This document shows positions 27,878-41,170 of a DNA stretch of 64,000 nucleotides, piece after piece (the first letter of the stretch is position 1; each line of letters begins with the position of its first letter). The notes beneath the pieces were generated by a model. It did not search any database. It was not told where the DNA came from and saw nothing but the letters and a program-made list of their open reading frames with translations. The stretch lies in contig NC_090365.1 in assembly GCF_035084215.1 (NCBI RefSeq), forward strand, positions 13,454,001-13,518,000, given 5' to 3'. A program made the position numbers and the translations under genes. Origin of the DNA: Heptranchias perlo. Its lineage: Eukaryota.

Positions 27878-28247
27878 CTGAAATCAGACCAATTACGTAA
27901 GGGAAGGCGTTGAAACCAGAAGCAGCCTGGATGCCTGCTATGGATGACTTCAGTTTGGCCCAGGCTGACTCCGATATATTGAACTCAAAGTCAAATCTGG
28001 ATGACTAAAGCCATTGAACTGGAGGGGACGGATTCTGCTTCTGGACTTTGAGAATGGGATCAGATTTCTTGACAAAACCAAACTCTGCCTTTTGATAAGA
28101 AATCGCAGCTGCGCCAGCTGAAGCCTAATTGCAGCACATCCCAACCAAACTATTCAAGATTGGCTGCACTTTGCTTTCCAGCTTTGCATTTTCCTTGCCC
28201 CTAGTGCCTCTAGTAACCTAAATACAACGTAAGTTACGATAAACTGG

Positions 28248-28690
28248 TCAGCTGTGGTTCACTGGTAGCACTCCCGCCTCTGGGGCAATAGGTTGTGGGT
28301 TCAAACCCCACTGCAGAGGCTTGAGTATAAAATCTAGGCTGACACTCCAGTGCAGTACTGAGGGAGTGCTGCACTGTCGGAGGTGCCGTCTTTGAGATGA
28401 GAAGTTAAACCGAGGCCCTGTCCACTCTTTTAGGTGGATGTAAAAGATCCCACGGCACTATTTCGAAGAAGAGCAGGGGAGTCCTGGCCAATATTTATCA
28501 CTAAAACAAAAGATTATCTGGTCATTATCTCATTGCTGTTTGTGGGATCTTGCGGTGCGCAAACTGGCTGCCTTGTTTCCTACATTACAACAGTGACTAC
28601 ACCTCAAAAGTACTTCATTGGCTGTAAAGTGCTTTGGGATGTCCTGAGGTTGTGAAATGTGCTATATAAATGCAAGTCTTTCTTTCTTTC
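28248..28690 (+). mobile_element. tRNA-headed Deu-domain SINE (SacSINE1/AmnSINE1-like) with L2-like tail
   Basis: box B-like gggttcaaaccc; core aaaccgaggccc...gtaaaagatccc...gaagagcagggg; tail gtgctatataaatgcaagt(cttt)n. Confidence 0.82.
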
Positions 28691-28862
28691 TAATCAATCT
28701 GCAGTGTGGAACCAAACAATGCAGATCAGAAGGTTCCCAAATTCTCATCCCTGGTCTGTGGTGAGTTAGATAATCTCAACTCAGGTGTCAGTTGAACTCT
28801 GTGACCCTGAAACAGTCAGCCACCTTGTGACTGATATCAAAGATCCGTGAAAAAAATGCCCT

Positions 28863-29570
28863 TAGAATTATAGAATGATACAGCTCAGAAGGAGGCCATT
28901 CGGCCCATCGTTGTTGTGCCGGCTCTTTGAAAAAGCTATCCAATTAGTCCCACCCACCCTGCTCTTTCCCCATAGCTCTGCAATTTTTCCCCTTGAAGTA
29001 TTTATCCAATTCCCTTTTGAAAGCTACTATTGAATCTGCTTCCACCGCCCTTTCAGGCAGTGAATTCCTGATCATAACAACTTACTGTGTAAAAATCTTT
29101 TCCCTCATCTCACCTCTGGTTCTTTTGCCAATTATCTTAAATCTGTGTCCTCTGGTTACTGACCCTTCTGCCACCGGAAACAATTTCTCCTTATTTACTC
29201 TATCAAAACCATTCATGATTTTGAACACCTCTATTAAATCTCCCCTTAACCTTTTCTGCTCTAAGGAGAACAATCCCAGTTTCTCCAGACTTTCCACATA
29301 ACTGATGTCCCTCATCCCTGGTACCATTCGAGTAAATCTTCCCTGCACCCTCTCTAAGTCTTTGACATCCTTCCTAAAGTGTGGTGTCCAGAATTGGACA
29401 CAATACTCCAGCTGGAGCTTAACTAGTGTTTTATAAAGGTGTAGCATAACTTCCTTGCTTTTGTACTCTGTGCCTCTATTTATAAGGATCCCGCATGCCT
29501 TTTTAACAGCCTTTTCAACTCGTCCTGCCACCTTCAAAGACTTGTGTACGTACACCCCCAGTTCTCACTA
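28863..29570 (-). mobile_element. CR1 3' fragment
   Basis: ORF 29082..29555 LEYCVQFWTPH...RGDLIEVFKI. Confidence 0.92.
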
Positions 29571-29827
29571 TTCCTGCTTATGTGTGGATATCAGGTGACA
29601 ACAGGGCCATCTATGATGGGTCCCCCTCCCCAAAGCAAAAGAGCCAGCCAACTTTCACTGTGTAGGCTCCTACATAGAGATTGGCCACTGGCATTTGACC
29701 AGTGATCATCTCTATGTAGTGGAAGCATACAATAGAAGTCAGTGCATTCAGGAGAGTTGGGGGTGGGGGCGAAATTGGGCGAAAAACACTTGAATACATC
29801 ATCTGAAGTAGTTCAGTGACACGGTTT

Positions 29828-30187
29828 TAATAGAATAAATAAGGACAAATCAATAAGTAGAAACTGTTTCCAGTGGCAGAAGGGTCGATAACCAGAGGAC
29901 ACAGGTTTAAGGTGATTGGCAAAAGAACCAAAGGCGACATGAGGAAACATTTTTTTTTATGCAGCGAGTTGTTAAGATCTGGAATGCGCTGCCTGAAAGG
30001 GTGATGGAAGCAGATTCAATAGTAACTTTCAAAAGGAATTGGGTAATTACTTGAAGGGAAAACATTTACAGGGCTATTGGGAAAGAGCAGGGGAGTGGGA
30101 CTAATTGGCTAGCTCTACCAAAGAGCTGACACAGGCACGATGGGCCGAATGGCCTCCTTCTGCGCTGTATCATTCTATGATTCTATG
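29828..30187 (+). mobile_element. CR1 3'-end fragment
   Basis: ends cattctatgattctatga. Confidence 0.88.
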
Positions 30188-30476
30188 ACACAGCAACCCT
30201 AAAACTCACTTCAAACTGTTGTGGGTTTAAATCACTGTAGTGCCTCAAGTACCTCTGTACAATTGAGTTATTGCAGTTCTCATCTCAAACCAGAGAAGAA
30301 GCATTACTGACCATCATGTGAGATGAACCAGTGATGTTCTGAACCATCCTCTAGGTGGTGTATGAGACTCTCCCTCTGATTTTCACTCCTTCCCTTTTGG
30401 AAAGCATCCAACATCCACTACCCCGGTGCCAAGCCACAGTGGAGGAGTTAACATCTTGCTGTGTGAGGGAATAGAG

Positions 30477-30970
30477 GTACCATATCCCAGCACTCTAAGA
30501 TGTACCATATCCCAGCACTCTAAGATGTACCATATCCCAGCACTCTAAGACGTACCATATCCCAGCACTCTAAGACGTACCATATCCCAGCACTCTAAGA
30601 TGTACCATATCCCAGCACTCTAAGATGTACCATATCCCAGCACTCTAAGATGTACCATATCCCAGCACGCTAAGATGTACCATATCCCAGCACGCTAAGA
30701 TGTACCATATCCCAGCACTCTAAGATGTACCATATCCCAGCACGCTAAGATGTACCATATCCCAGCACGCTAAGATGTACCATATCCCAGCACGCTAAGA
30801 TGTACCATATCCCAGCACTCTAAGATGTACCATATCCCAGCACTCTAAGATGTACCATATCCCAGCACTCTAAGATGTACCATATCCCAGCACGCTAAGA
30901 TGCACCATATCCCAGCACTCTAAGATGTACCATATCCCAGCACTCTAAGATGTACCATGTCCCAGCACTC
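30477..30970. repeat. 25-bp tandem repeat GTACCATATCCCAGCACTCTAAGAT, ~20 copies
   Basis: direct reading; head-to-tail with no spacers. Confidence 0.97.
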
Positions 30971-31283
30971 CATGGGGTACCATGTTAGAGCTCGTTTGCC
31001 ATCTGCAGGAATGTAATTCCTATTTTAATAGCCTTGGAACTATGACAGAGGCCATTTATCAACATAGTAGTTAAGATGTTCACTCTGTGCTGTGGTGACA
31101 GCAGATTCCAGTCACGGCACATTTCAGTCTGGCAGCAACCTGCAATGTGTGTTCAGCACAAATGGACGAATATGCATAGGCACAGAATGAGCACCTCCTA
31201 CCAGCAGTTCAAAGAATGTCCATTTAACATCTTTCCGATTGGGAATTAACAACTTCTGATTTTCTTAAAACAAAATCCTTTAC

Positions 31284-31418
31284 CTTCGGATGTATCCACC
31301 GCTCATCGCCATCTGTTCCCGATCGTCCATCACTCGGGCGGGCTGGCTTGCCACTACACCATCCTGGTTATTTCCCCACACCTTCTTGTAGGCTCCTCCT
31401 GCCTCAAAGTTCTTTAGC
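31284..31418 (-). CDS. snap25: SNAP-25 family exon 6 ([45 protein letters not shown])
   Basis: 135 bp, phase 2-2; ttctaag| acceptor, AG|gtaaag donor; contains the [16 protein letters not shown] linker motif. Confidence 0.96.
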
Positions 31419-32666
31419 CTTAGAAGGAGAAAATGAACAAGGAGTTTGGTTGTTTCAAAATCACCATTGTTTAAAGTGCAACACTTCCCTAGTTACACAC
31501 AGTGCCCATAGTCTACACACGGTCAGTGGGAAACCCACTGGCAACACAATAATTACTAACGCTTTGTGTAATATCTTTTTACAAATGTATATTTTCCAAG
31601 AGATTTTCCCTCATGTTTATTCAAACTATCTCACTGTGAGTTGTGAGTAAGAAGCTGAAACCAGGCAACAAATTGCTTCAAACTGTAATCACTCCAGAGC
31701 ATGCAAAGGCATGCCAGCAAACCCAATGTCTCATCGTTACTCTACCGCAAGCAACGTGCAATCAAAGTGTATCGTGGTTTCACCAAATATGCACACCCAT
31801 AAAAAGGTATTTTTAAAAACACTCTTTTATGTAACTGTGTTAGGTGTATACCTGTTTTTTCTTTCCCCATCAATTTTCCCTTCTTCTGTCCTGAAGATGT
31901 TGAAGCTGGTTCTATGGGCTCGGATGTGAGAGTCCAGGAAAACTATTACAGTCCTGCTTTAAAATAATTGCTCAAAGTGCTGATGCTGGGTCTTAGTCTT
32001 TTAAAAGGTACTGCTTGAAAGAAGAGAAGTTAAAGCTTTTATACTTAGTATTCAAAATCTGGTGCATGGCGTGCACTTCCTGACCACAAACATTACTTCC
32101 TGCTGTCACGTTTTTTAGTCACACTTTTGTGTCAACATTTACCATTGTAAATTACTACGTTTCTCTACATTACAACAGTGACTACACTTCAAAAGTACCT
32201 CAATTGGCTGTAAAGCGCTTTGGGACGTCCTGAGGGCGTGAAAGGTGCTATATAAATGCAAAGTCCTTTCCCAATTCAATTTTGCTATGTCAGCTGTCAC
32301 GATGGTGTAGTTGCAGATGCCAGCCACTAGATGACTCTCTGGAGTAAGATTCTGAAGTCTTTCTCCCAACACTGTCGCCATCTTGTATATAAAAAAACTT
32401 AGATTCAATTGACCATGAGCAATGCCTCGGGCAATTCACTATTATAGTTAGAAAGATATGAGATTTGATTTCATACTTGTATAAATTCTTTAGTATCTTT
32501 TATACAAAGGAAACAGCTGCATGAATTTAACAAACTTATATATTTCAATTCTCTTATATGAAGGTGGTAAAAAAGAAACTCCCCAGATGGCAGAATAGAA
32601 AGGGGCAGGTTGGGAAGGGGCCCTCATAACCAACTTAAGTAGAGGTTGCAAAATTGTACAGCTAGC

Positions 32667-33225
32667 CTGTATACCTACAGCCAGCTCTGTATACCTACAG
32701 CCAGCTCTGTATACCTATGGTCATCTCTGAATATCTATGGCCAGCTCTGTATACCTACGGCCAACTCTGTATACCTACAGCCAGCTCTGTGCAGCTACGA
32801 TCTGCTCTGTATACCTACGGCCAGCTCTGTATACCTACAGCCAAGCTCTGTATACCTATGGCCAGCTCAGTATACCTACAGCCAAGCTCTGTATACCTAC
32901 AGCCAACTCTGTATACCTACGGCCAGATTTGTATACTTATGGCCAGCTCTGTATACCTACGGCTAGCTCTATATACCTATGGTCAAGCTGTGTAAATCTG
33001 TGGCCAGCTCTGTATACCTACAGCCATGCTCTGTATACCTACGGCCAGGTTTGTATAGCTACGGCCAGCTCTGTATACCTACGGCCATGCTCTGTATACC
33101 TACAGCCAGCTTTGTATACCTATGGCCAGCTCTGTATACCCACGACCAGCTTTGTATATCTACGGCCAAGCTCTGTATACCTACAGCTAGCTCCGTACAC
33201 CTGTGGCCAAGTTGTATACCCATGG
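32667..33225. repeat. 20/21-bp minisatellite CCAGCTCTGTATACCTACGG
   Basis: direct reading. Confidence 0.93.
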
Positions 33226-34911
33226 CTCAGATTGTAACTCCCAGCTTTGATGTCTTGTTTGCTTGTAGTTTCATACTTCATGGTGCTAATAGCTCAGGTC
33301 ACAAAACCACGGTTTATGCCAGTTGTCTACACAGTGGGTTCTCAATCTCAGCCATGCCATTCGGAAACCAAGCACTGTTCCACAGGCAAGGGCAAAAAAC
33401 TTGATGTTGACTCATTCTAGGCTGCTCTTGTGTATCTCCTAGCGACCAGTGGGATAGAAGAATCATAGAGCAGGCCAAGTGCCCTCTACAACGGGGGAGT
33501 GCTGGGGAATGTAGAGATTTCAACAAAGGGGTAATGTTTCAAAATAAAACTCTGTTTATTTAGCGATCTTGTGCTCCCAACTCGAGACCTTGCTCGATGG
33601 AAGCAGGCATCAGAGATTCAGCACTACAGTGTTGTAGTTCTATCACTAATCAGCCTTCCTACCTTGAGATGTTCTGTGTCAGGATCCTCAGGATTACTGA
33701 ATTCAGCACATAGCCCATAGAGAGGTCACGTTTGGGTTCATTAACTGGAAACTAATGTTACAGCCCCTTTCTGGATTTACTGAAAAAATAACTTTTTCTT
33801 TCATTTCTATTTTCCCTATACAGGGTAGAAGATGACATTGGCGGACAAACACTTAACCTGTTCTCACGACATTCCTCCATCTACTACTTAAAATAAACAG
33901 CTCCGTAAAACAGTGGACAGAGAAATGTCATATGAATGGGTTAAGCATTTGTCCACTAAGATTTTAACAATAATTTCTAGGCTTACAAATTAATTCTAGA
34001 CTGGGTTGGGGGGAGTTCTAAATTGAACCATACCGCTACTGGTGCTTAAACCCTAATCCGAGTGGAGGTGACTGCACGGCATTGCCATGCCCCACATTTC
34101 CTGCCCTCGTGGCCTCTCTGGGCGAGTCAGCCACACTGGACTGAATAGCTGAAAGCAGATTGTGTGATAGTCCCAATTTTGGATGGGCTTATGGGGAAAG
34201 GGCGGGGGAGTGGGACTAGCTGGACTGCTCTTGCAGAGAGCCGGCATGGACTCGACGGGCTGAATGGCTGTAACCATTCTATGACTGCAACTCACAACAT
34301 TATAACGACATTAGCATCCGGGGGTCAAGGATAAAGGAATGTTTTGAAATAAAGGAGGGATTCACAGCACTCTCTGACACCCCTCAGGGTGCTTCTGATA
34401 TGCCTCTATATTGCAGTGAGGATGCTGACTTCCAGCAAACACTGGGGAAGCAGGTATTGGACCCGTGCAGGCAGACAATGGAAAATTTTGTCCCTTTGGG
34501 TTCTGACTCACTTACTGAAATAGAATGTGGTTCTATATCAGGGAAGAAGCTGCTCTGGGTTTCCGGTGCAAAATGTTGTCTTATAAAATGTAACTATTGC
34601 TCACTGAATGGAGAAATGCAAGTTTCAACCTGGGCTCTGTTCTTGCCTGCTAGTAACGTAGGAAAGTTATAACTCCAGCAGCTTCATAAATTTGCACTGT
34701 TGCAGCCTTACACTGCAGAGAAATATTTTCTAGTAACAGTTAAAACACCCCAGCGACTGGCTAACTGTTGTGACCATATCACAGCAGGAAATAGGAATTC
34801 ACAAACAAAGTAGCATGAGACATATAGATGGAAATAGAAACATGGATACTGATGGAAATTGTGGAGCTATGTGAATTGTGGACACATATCTGACCAAGTT
34901 TTTTCTTTTTA

Positions 34912-35275
34912 TTTGTTCTCGGGATGTGGGCATCGCTGGCAAGGCTGGCATTTGTTGCCCATCCCTAGTTGCCCCTTGAGAAGGTGGTGGTGGGCCTTCT
35001 CCTTGAGCCGCTGCAGTCCGTGTGGTGATGGTTCTCCCACAGTGCTGTTAGGAAGGGAGTTCCAGGATTTCGACCCAGCGACGATGAAGAAATGGTGATG
35101 TATGTTCAAGTCGGGATGGTGTGTGACTTGGAGGTGAACCTGGTGGTGATGGTGTTCCCATGCACCTGCTGCCCTTGTCCTTCTAGATGGTGGAGGTCGT
35201 GGGTTTGGGAGGTGCTGTTCAAAGAAGGCTTGGTGAGTTGCTGCAGTGCATCCTGAAGGTAGTTCACACTGCAGA
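34912..35275 (-). mobile_element. LINE 3' end (family shared with 60098-60410)
   Basis: KSWNSLPNSTVG...AHHHLLKG (ORF 34909..35109); similar copy at 60098. Confidence 0.75.
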
Positions 35276-35544
35276 TATCATAAATTCCATTTTCCTTGTC
35301 TATAAAATATTATTTTTTCTATTGAGTTGTGCACAACTTGAATGTTGTTATATCTTCTAACACCGTCACAATCCTGGAGCGGGTACAAGAAAAAGTAGCT
35401 AACCTGTAGGAAGTGGAGTATGCATGCTCCCTTCCTGTATCCCACTTCTGGTTTGACTACCTCTCTGATCACCCTTACCTGGACACGTGGTGACAAAAAC
35501 CTATCTTCACCAATCCACCAGCGCATTATGCCACTCTGTCACTG

Positions 35545-36002
35545 CCCAGTGGGTAGCACTCTCGCCTCTGAGAAGGTTGTGGGTTCAAGCCCTGCTCTAT
35601 AGAGACTTGAGCATGTAATCTAGGCTGACACTCCAGTGCAGTACTGAGGGAGTACTGCACTGTTGGAGGTGCAGTCTTTCGGATGAGACGTCAAACTAAG
35701 GCCCCATCTGCCCTCTCGGGTGGACGTAAAAGATCCCATTGGCACTATTTCGAAGAAGAGCAGGCGAGTTCTCCAGGTGTCGTGGCCAATGTCTATCTCT
35801 CAACCAACATCACAAAAACAGATTATCTGGTTATCATCTCATTGCAGTATGTGGGATCTTGCTGTGCGCAAATTGGCTGCCGCATTTCCTACATTACAAC
35901 AGTGACTACACTTCAAAAAGTGCTTCATTGGCTGTAAAGCGCTTTGGGACCTCCTGAGGGCGTGTAATGTGCTATATAAATGCGGGTCCTTTCTTTCTTT
36001 CT
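35545..36002 (+). mobile_element. Deu-domain SINE
   Basis: same sequence as the 28248 copy. Confidence 0.82.
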
Positions 36003-36124
36003 GTTGTTTCTCAGCAGTTCCGTGCGCTGAGCTGAGCAGTCTCCCGGAACTGCCCAGACTCATTCTGCCCACAACACTTGCCAGCCGTGAAAGAGAGGAG
36101 ACCATCAGCATTCCATTACATTGA

Positions 36125-36295
36125 GTCTTAGGGGAAGCTGTATAAGCACATGAGGGAGAAAGGAATAGAAGGATATGTTGATAGGGTTAGATGAACTAAG
36201 GAGGGAGGAGGCTCCTGTGCAGCACAAACACCGGCATGGGCCAGTAGGGCCGAATGGCATGTTTCTGTGCTGTACAATCTATGTAATTCCATGTA
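36125..36295 (+). mobile_element. CR1 3' UTR fragment
   Basis: matches the tail of the 40850-41170 copy. Confidence 0.7.
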
Positions 36296-36511
36296 ACAGT
36301 TCCTGAGGGCAGCGTCCTATCTCGGTACTCTTTAGTGGCCCAACCGCATCTTATATCACCACTGTGTGTGGAACATAGGTCACTTATGGGGTCACTTTAC
36401 AACCAGAAGTAACATAGCTGAACTTGGGGCACCTATGGCCATAATCACCACAGCTTTCAATGCATTCTTTCCATTTGAAGCCATACAGACAAACGGAGGG
36501 TGAAGAAATCC

Positions 36512-37018
36512 ATGATGTCAAGGCCTTAGAGAGGAGATTTACCAGAATGGTACCTGGGGTGAGGGGTTTCAGTTATGTGGAGAGACTGGAGAAGCTGGGA
36601 TTGTTCTCCTTAGAACAGAGAAGATTAAGGGGAGATTTAAAAGAGGCGTTCAAAATCATGAGGGGTTTTGATAGAGTAAATAAGGAGAAACTGTTTCCAC
36701 TGGCAGGAGGGTCGGTAACCAGAGGACACAGATTTAAAATAATTGGCAAAAGAATCAGAAGGGAGATAAGAAGAATTTTTTTTACGCAGCGAGTTGTTCT
36801 CACCTGAAATACACTGCCTGAAAGGGTGGTGGAAGCAGATTCAATAATAACTTTCAAAAGGGAATTGGATAAATACTTGAAGGGAAAAAATTGCAGAGCT
36901 ATGGGGAAAGGGCAGGGGGGTGAGACTAATTTGATAGCTCTTTCAAAGAGCCGGCAGGGGCACGATGGGCCGAATGGCCTCCTTCTGTGCTGTACTGTTC
37001 TATGATTCTATTCTATGT
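36512..37018 (+). mobile_element. CR1 3' fragment
   Basis: ORF 36460..36807 LEKLGLFSLEQRRLRGDL; tail ttctatgattctattctatg. Confidence 0.9.
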
Positions 37019-38127
37019 AGGAACATGTTGTGCTGCCATTCGGGGAAGGGCATATTTCAGACCACATCTCCACTCAGCATCTTTATCATTTATCTCCACG
37101 GGGATGACAACCGAGGTGACCAGAATCTTCCAGCGAGAGGAGTCACTGAGGAAAAAGCAGTCGGCCTGTGGCGCCTGCACAATGCTGGCAGGCTGGTGTC
37201 CCATTGGGGCAATCAGATCTGCAGAGGTGAAGGAAATTGGACATTACATTTGGACATTATAAGTTTAAAACTGCAAAGGCTGCAATATGCAGAAACTTCA
37301 GAGAAGCTTCGGTTTTCAACAATGACTGATAAGAACGAAACTTCAAACAGGCCTTTGGTTCTCAAAACAACTGACTTGGAAAAACAACTGACTTGGAAAA
37401 AGTGCTGAGACAGTTAGAAATCCTTGGGAAAGACAACTAAAACTACAGCCTCTGGGTTCCCAGGGATGAGAGACCAAAGCAGGTTTCACGCCGCGGAAAG
37501 ACTGCGTCAGAGTTCACGCGGTTTTGAGTGGCTCAGCCAACTGTCCATCATTAATGCAACAGTAGGTGAGTGGCCAAAATGGGACTGTTCTTAACTTTTG
37601 CTGACATCCCAACTGCCAAAAATCACCTAAAGACGGGACATTGTGCCAGCTTCTTTACTGCAGTCGGAGGATCCTGATGAAGCTTCGCTGAAGGACATCC
37701 AAGAAGAAGAAGAGCCTCAAGATCTACGAGAGAGCTGATCACTCTAACTGCCTCGATGCTGAAATCCTTGGTTTTTAAGGTTGAATGTATTGCTTGATTT
37801 GCTTGATGTTTGTGTGAATTGTTTAAACCATTAAATAATCGCTTTGATAAATGAAACTACATGTGACTTTCTTTGACTGACCACTGTCCAGGTTCACGAA
37901 TCACTGGAACATCTGTATTCCTACAGAGGAGGGATTGGTACAGTTTGAAATTTTGATCCTAAGAAGGCTCTGGCCGTGCTCGGGTGGGTCAGCCCAAAGC
38001 TTCACCTCTTTCTGGGTCTTGGACCTTTCAAACAATGGGAGATTTGATGAATGAGGTACAAGCAAACTGTTTCCAACCATCTGTGAAGTCTGTCTGATTC
38101 ACTATATCCTTTCTTTATTAGCATCAA

Positions 38128-38540
38128 GTGTCAGTGGTTAGCACTCTTGCTTCTAAATCAGAAAGTCATGGGCTCAAGTCCCACTCCAGAGGCTTGAGCA
38201 CAAAATCTAGGCTGATATGTCAGTGGAGTGCTGTGCTGTTGTTCAGATTAGATGCTAAACTGAGGCCCTGTCTGCCCTCTCAGATGGATGTAAAAGATCC
38301 CATGGCACTATTTTGATAGAAGACCAGGGGTGTCCTGGCTAATATTTATCCTTCAAACAACACCTAAAACAGATTATCTGGTCATTATCGCATTACTGTT
38401 TGTGGGACCTTGCTGTGCGCAAATTGGCTGCCGCGTTTCCTACATTACAACAATGATTATACTTTAGAAGTACTTCATTGGCTGTAAAGCGCCTTGGGAC
38501 ATCCTGAGGTTGTGAAAGGTGCGACATAAATGCACGTCTT
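38128..38540 (+). mobile_element. Deu-domain SINE
   Basis: same sequence as the 28248 copy. Confidence 0.8.
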
Positions 38541-39094
38541 TATTTTATTGGGGGTTGCCGGCCAACAGTTAGAAATTCCACTGATAACAACATGTAAAAG
38601 ATACAACAGGTGGGATAATTTAAATTGTGAATAAATTCACTGATCCTATGCTCCCAGGCAAGAGCCATGCTTGAATGGAGCTGCAACCAACAGATAAGAC
38701 TACAACCCCTGTTGTTGATTCTGTGACCTGGTAGGAGCATGCGGTCAGCCAATTATCCTATAGTCAGTCCATTTCCATTGCTTTCCTTTCCATCCTGAGG
38801 CTGTTTACTCACCTTTGTCTTTCCTGTGTTGTTTCAGAGCTCGGGAGGTGATCTTCGCGCAGGTACCCTTTTCTTTACATTAATTTTGCTAATAATGAAC
38901 ATGTTAGAAGACACCAAATGCATGTGTTGTACTGAGGCTGTTTCCATACTGAATTATTGTGCTTGCAAGTAGAGCATCACAAGTACAATTGGCAAGCACA
39001 GTATTCAACAGCAGGAGGTTTATAAGTTTGTCGCTGGCTATCTTATTTCTAAGCAGTCAAGTATCTTACTTGACTAACATTTGTCACCGAAATA

Positions 39095-39590
39095 AGCTGC
39101 ATCCAAAACTCTGCTGCCCGCATCCTAACTCGCACCAGTCCCATTCACCCATCACCCATGTGCTCGCTGACCTACATTGGCTCCTGGTCCAGGAACGTCT
39201 CAATATGCTGTTTTCAAATCCCTCCATGGCCTCGCCCCTCCCTATCTCTGTAACCTCCTCCAGCCCTACAACCATCCGAGATCTCAGCGCTCCTCCAATG
39301 CTGACCTCTTGTGCATCCCTGATTTTCATTGCCCCACCATTGGCGGCCGTGCCTTGAGCTGCTTAGGCCCTAAGCTCTGGAATTCCCTCCCGAAACCTCT
39401 CCGGCTCTCTACCTCTCTCTTCTCCTTTAAGATGCTCCTTAAAACCTACCACTTTGACCAAGCTTTTGGTCACCTGTCCTAATATCTCCTTAAGTGGTTC
39501 AGTGTCAAATTGTGTCTGATAACGCTCCTGTGAAATGCCTTGGGATGTTTTACTTAAAGGCGCTATATAAATGCAAGTTGTTGTTGTTCT
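39095..39590 (+). mobile_element. L2 3' fragment
   Basis: FKSLHGLAPPYL...GPKLWNSLP; tail gcgctatataaatgcaagttgttgttg. Confidence 0.88.
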
Positions 39591-39832
39591 TTTTTCCCTT
39601 TCAGATGCTGACTGGCTTGTGGTGCATTTCCAGCTCATCTCATTATGATGTAACTTGGGAATTAATTTCTAAGGGAATGAAAAAACTGGCATATTTGCAG
39701 ACTGATTCTCAAAGTGCTACTTGGTTTATGAGCCTGTCAGCGGCGTATGGAACCATATTATTTCTGAGCAAGCAGGTTTCAGGCAGGCATGCAGGCAGGC
39801 AGCTTTCCCCTCGGACCGACATTCGACACCTA

Positions 39833-40006
<174 letters not shown>

Positions 40007-40822
40007 TCAGTGAAACCCCCAAACTGATCGGGGTTCAACCAGGTATTTGCAAAATGCGGTAAAGGTGCCCCTGGGGAAGCCTCTAGGTTTTGGACATTCA
40101 TGTCCCCAGCTGGCACCCAAACCATGCTTTACACCAGCCCCATTCAGTGTGGGATTCCCTCATCCCTCAGAAGATGTACAGACTTATGAGTGAAGGAAAA
40201 GAGAGAAACCGACAGACAAAAAACAGTAAGACATGGACACAGGAATTTCTTACTGAGCCCTGACTCAATAGACCCAATGCAGGTCCGTGAAGTGCCTTTG
40301 AACGCTAGTGACTCAGGGGTGAATGGAAAGATCCCAGTGCTTTACTATACCTTTATCTGTGAATATTTGTGCTCATCAGGGATGGAATGTTAGTCCTGGA
40401 GTGTCAGCATAAAGTAGAACAAGCTGCTTTTACTTGGCCCCAATAACATGCTTCCAAGATCAGATAAAAATCTTCTACTGATTTTTCCATTCCCCAAACT
40501 AGCCCTCCTTGTGGTGCCAAATTAAGAACAACTTGTGCCCTCTATAAATTTAACGAAGCTTGCCCAAACTCATTTCACCTAGGGCCCTCACAACCAACAC
40601 ACAGGGGAGAGTCTCATTCCCTTAGTCCGAGCTGAGCTGGACGTCGATCTTAGAAGTAAAGGACAGTGTAGTAACCCACTGTGGCTCCCATGTCCACTTG
40701 CCATGTCTCAAATTATTCCCTGGCTCCTTCAAATCTTGGTTTATCTCAGTCAAGCCCTGATCAATGCAATCTAGATCTTAAGTCAGATAAGGCATATTAT
40801 CAGAGGGGAATTTTCAATTTCA

Positions 40823-41170
40823 ATTTATTAGTGACTATCTTATATTTATGTCCCCTTGTGGGGGAGACCAAAACTAGGGGTCATAAAGAGAAGATGGTCA
40901 CTAATAAATCCAATAAGAAATTCAGGAGAAACAACTTTACCCAGAGAGTGGTTAGAATGTGGAACTCGCTACCACAAGGAGTAGTTGAGGTGAATAACAT
41001 AGATGCATTTAAGGGGAAGCTAGATAAACACATGAGGGAGAAAGGAATAGAAGGATATGATGATATGGTGAGATGAAGTAAGGTGGGAGGTGGAGCATAA
41101 TCACCAGCATGGACCAGTTGGGCCGAATGACCTGTTTCTGCGCTGGACATTCTATGTAATTCTATGTAAA
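40823..41170 (+). mobile_element. CR1 3' fragment with a short 5' inversion
   Basis: FTQRVVRMWNSLP; tail ttctatgtaattctatgt. Confidence 0.85.

Noticed and set aside
28248-28315. tRNA gene
   Set aside because: Only the degenerate tRNA-derived head of a SINE; no complete cloverleaf
30477-30970. CRISPR-like array (also 9352-9792 and 55273-55570)
   Set aside because: Units are head-to-tail with no unique spacers; vertebrate DNA with no cas genes
37668-37702. Hammerhead-like GGATC-CTGATGA-AGCTTCGCT-GAAGGAC-ATCC
   Set aside because: GAAG instead of GAAA and no U-H cleavage triplet; core incomplete
38811-38890. Possible extra snap25 exon (strong GTGAGT donor on the minus strand)
   Set aside because: Stops in all three frames from the nearest acceptor; no SNARE similarity
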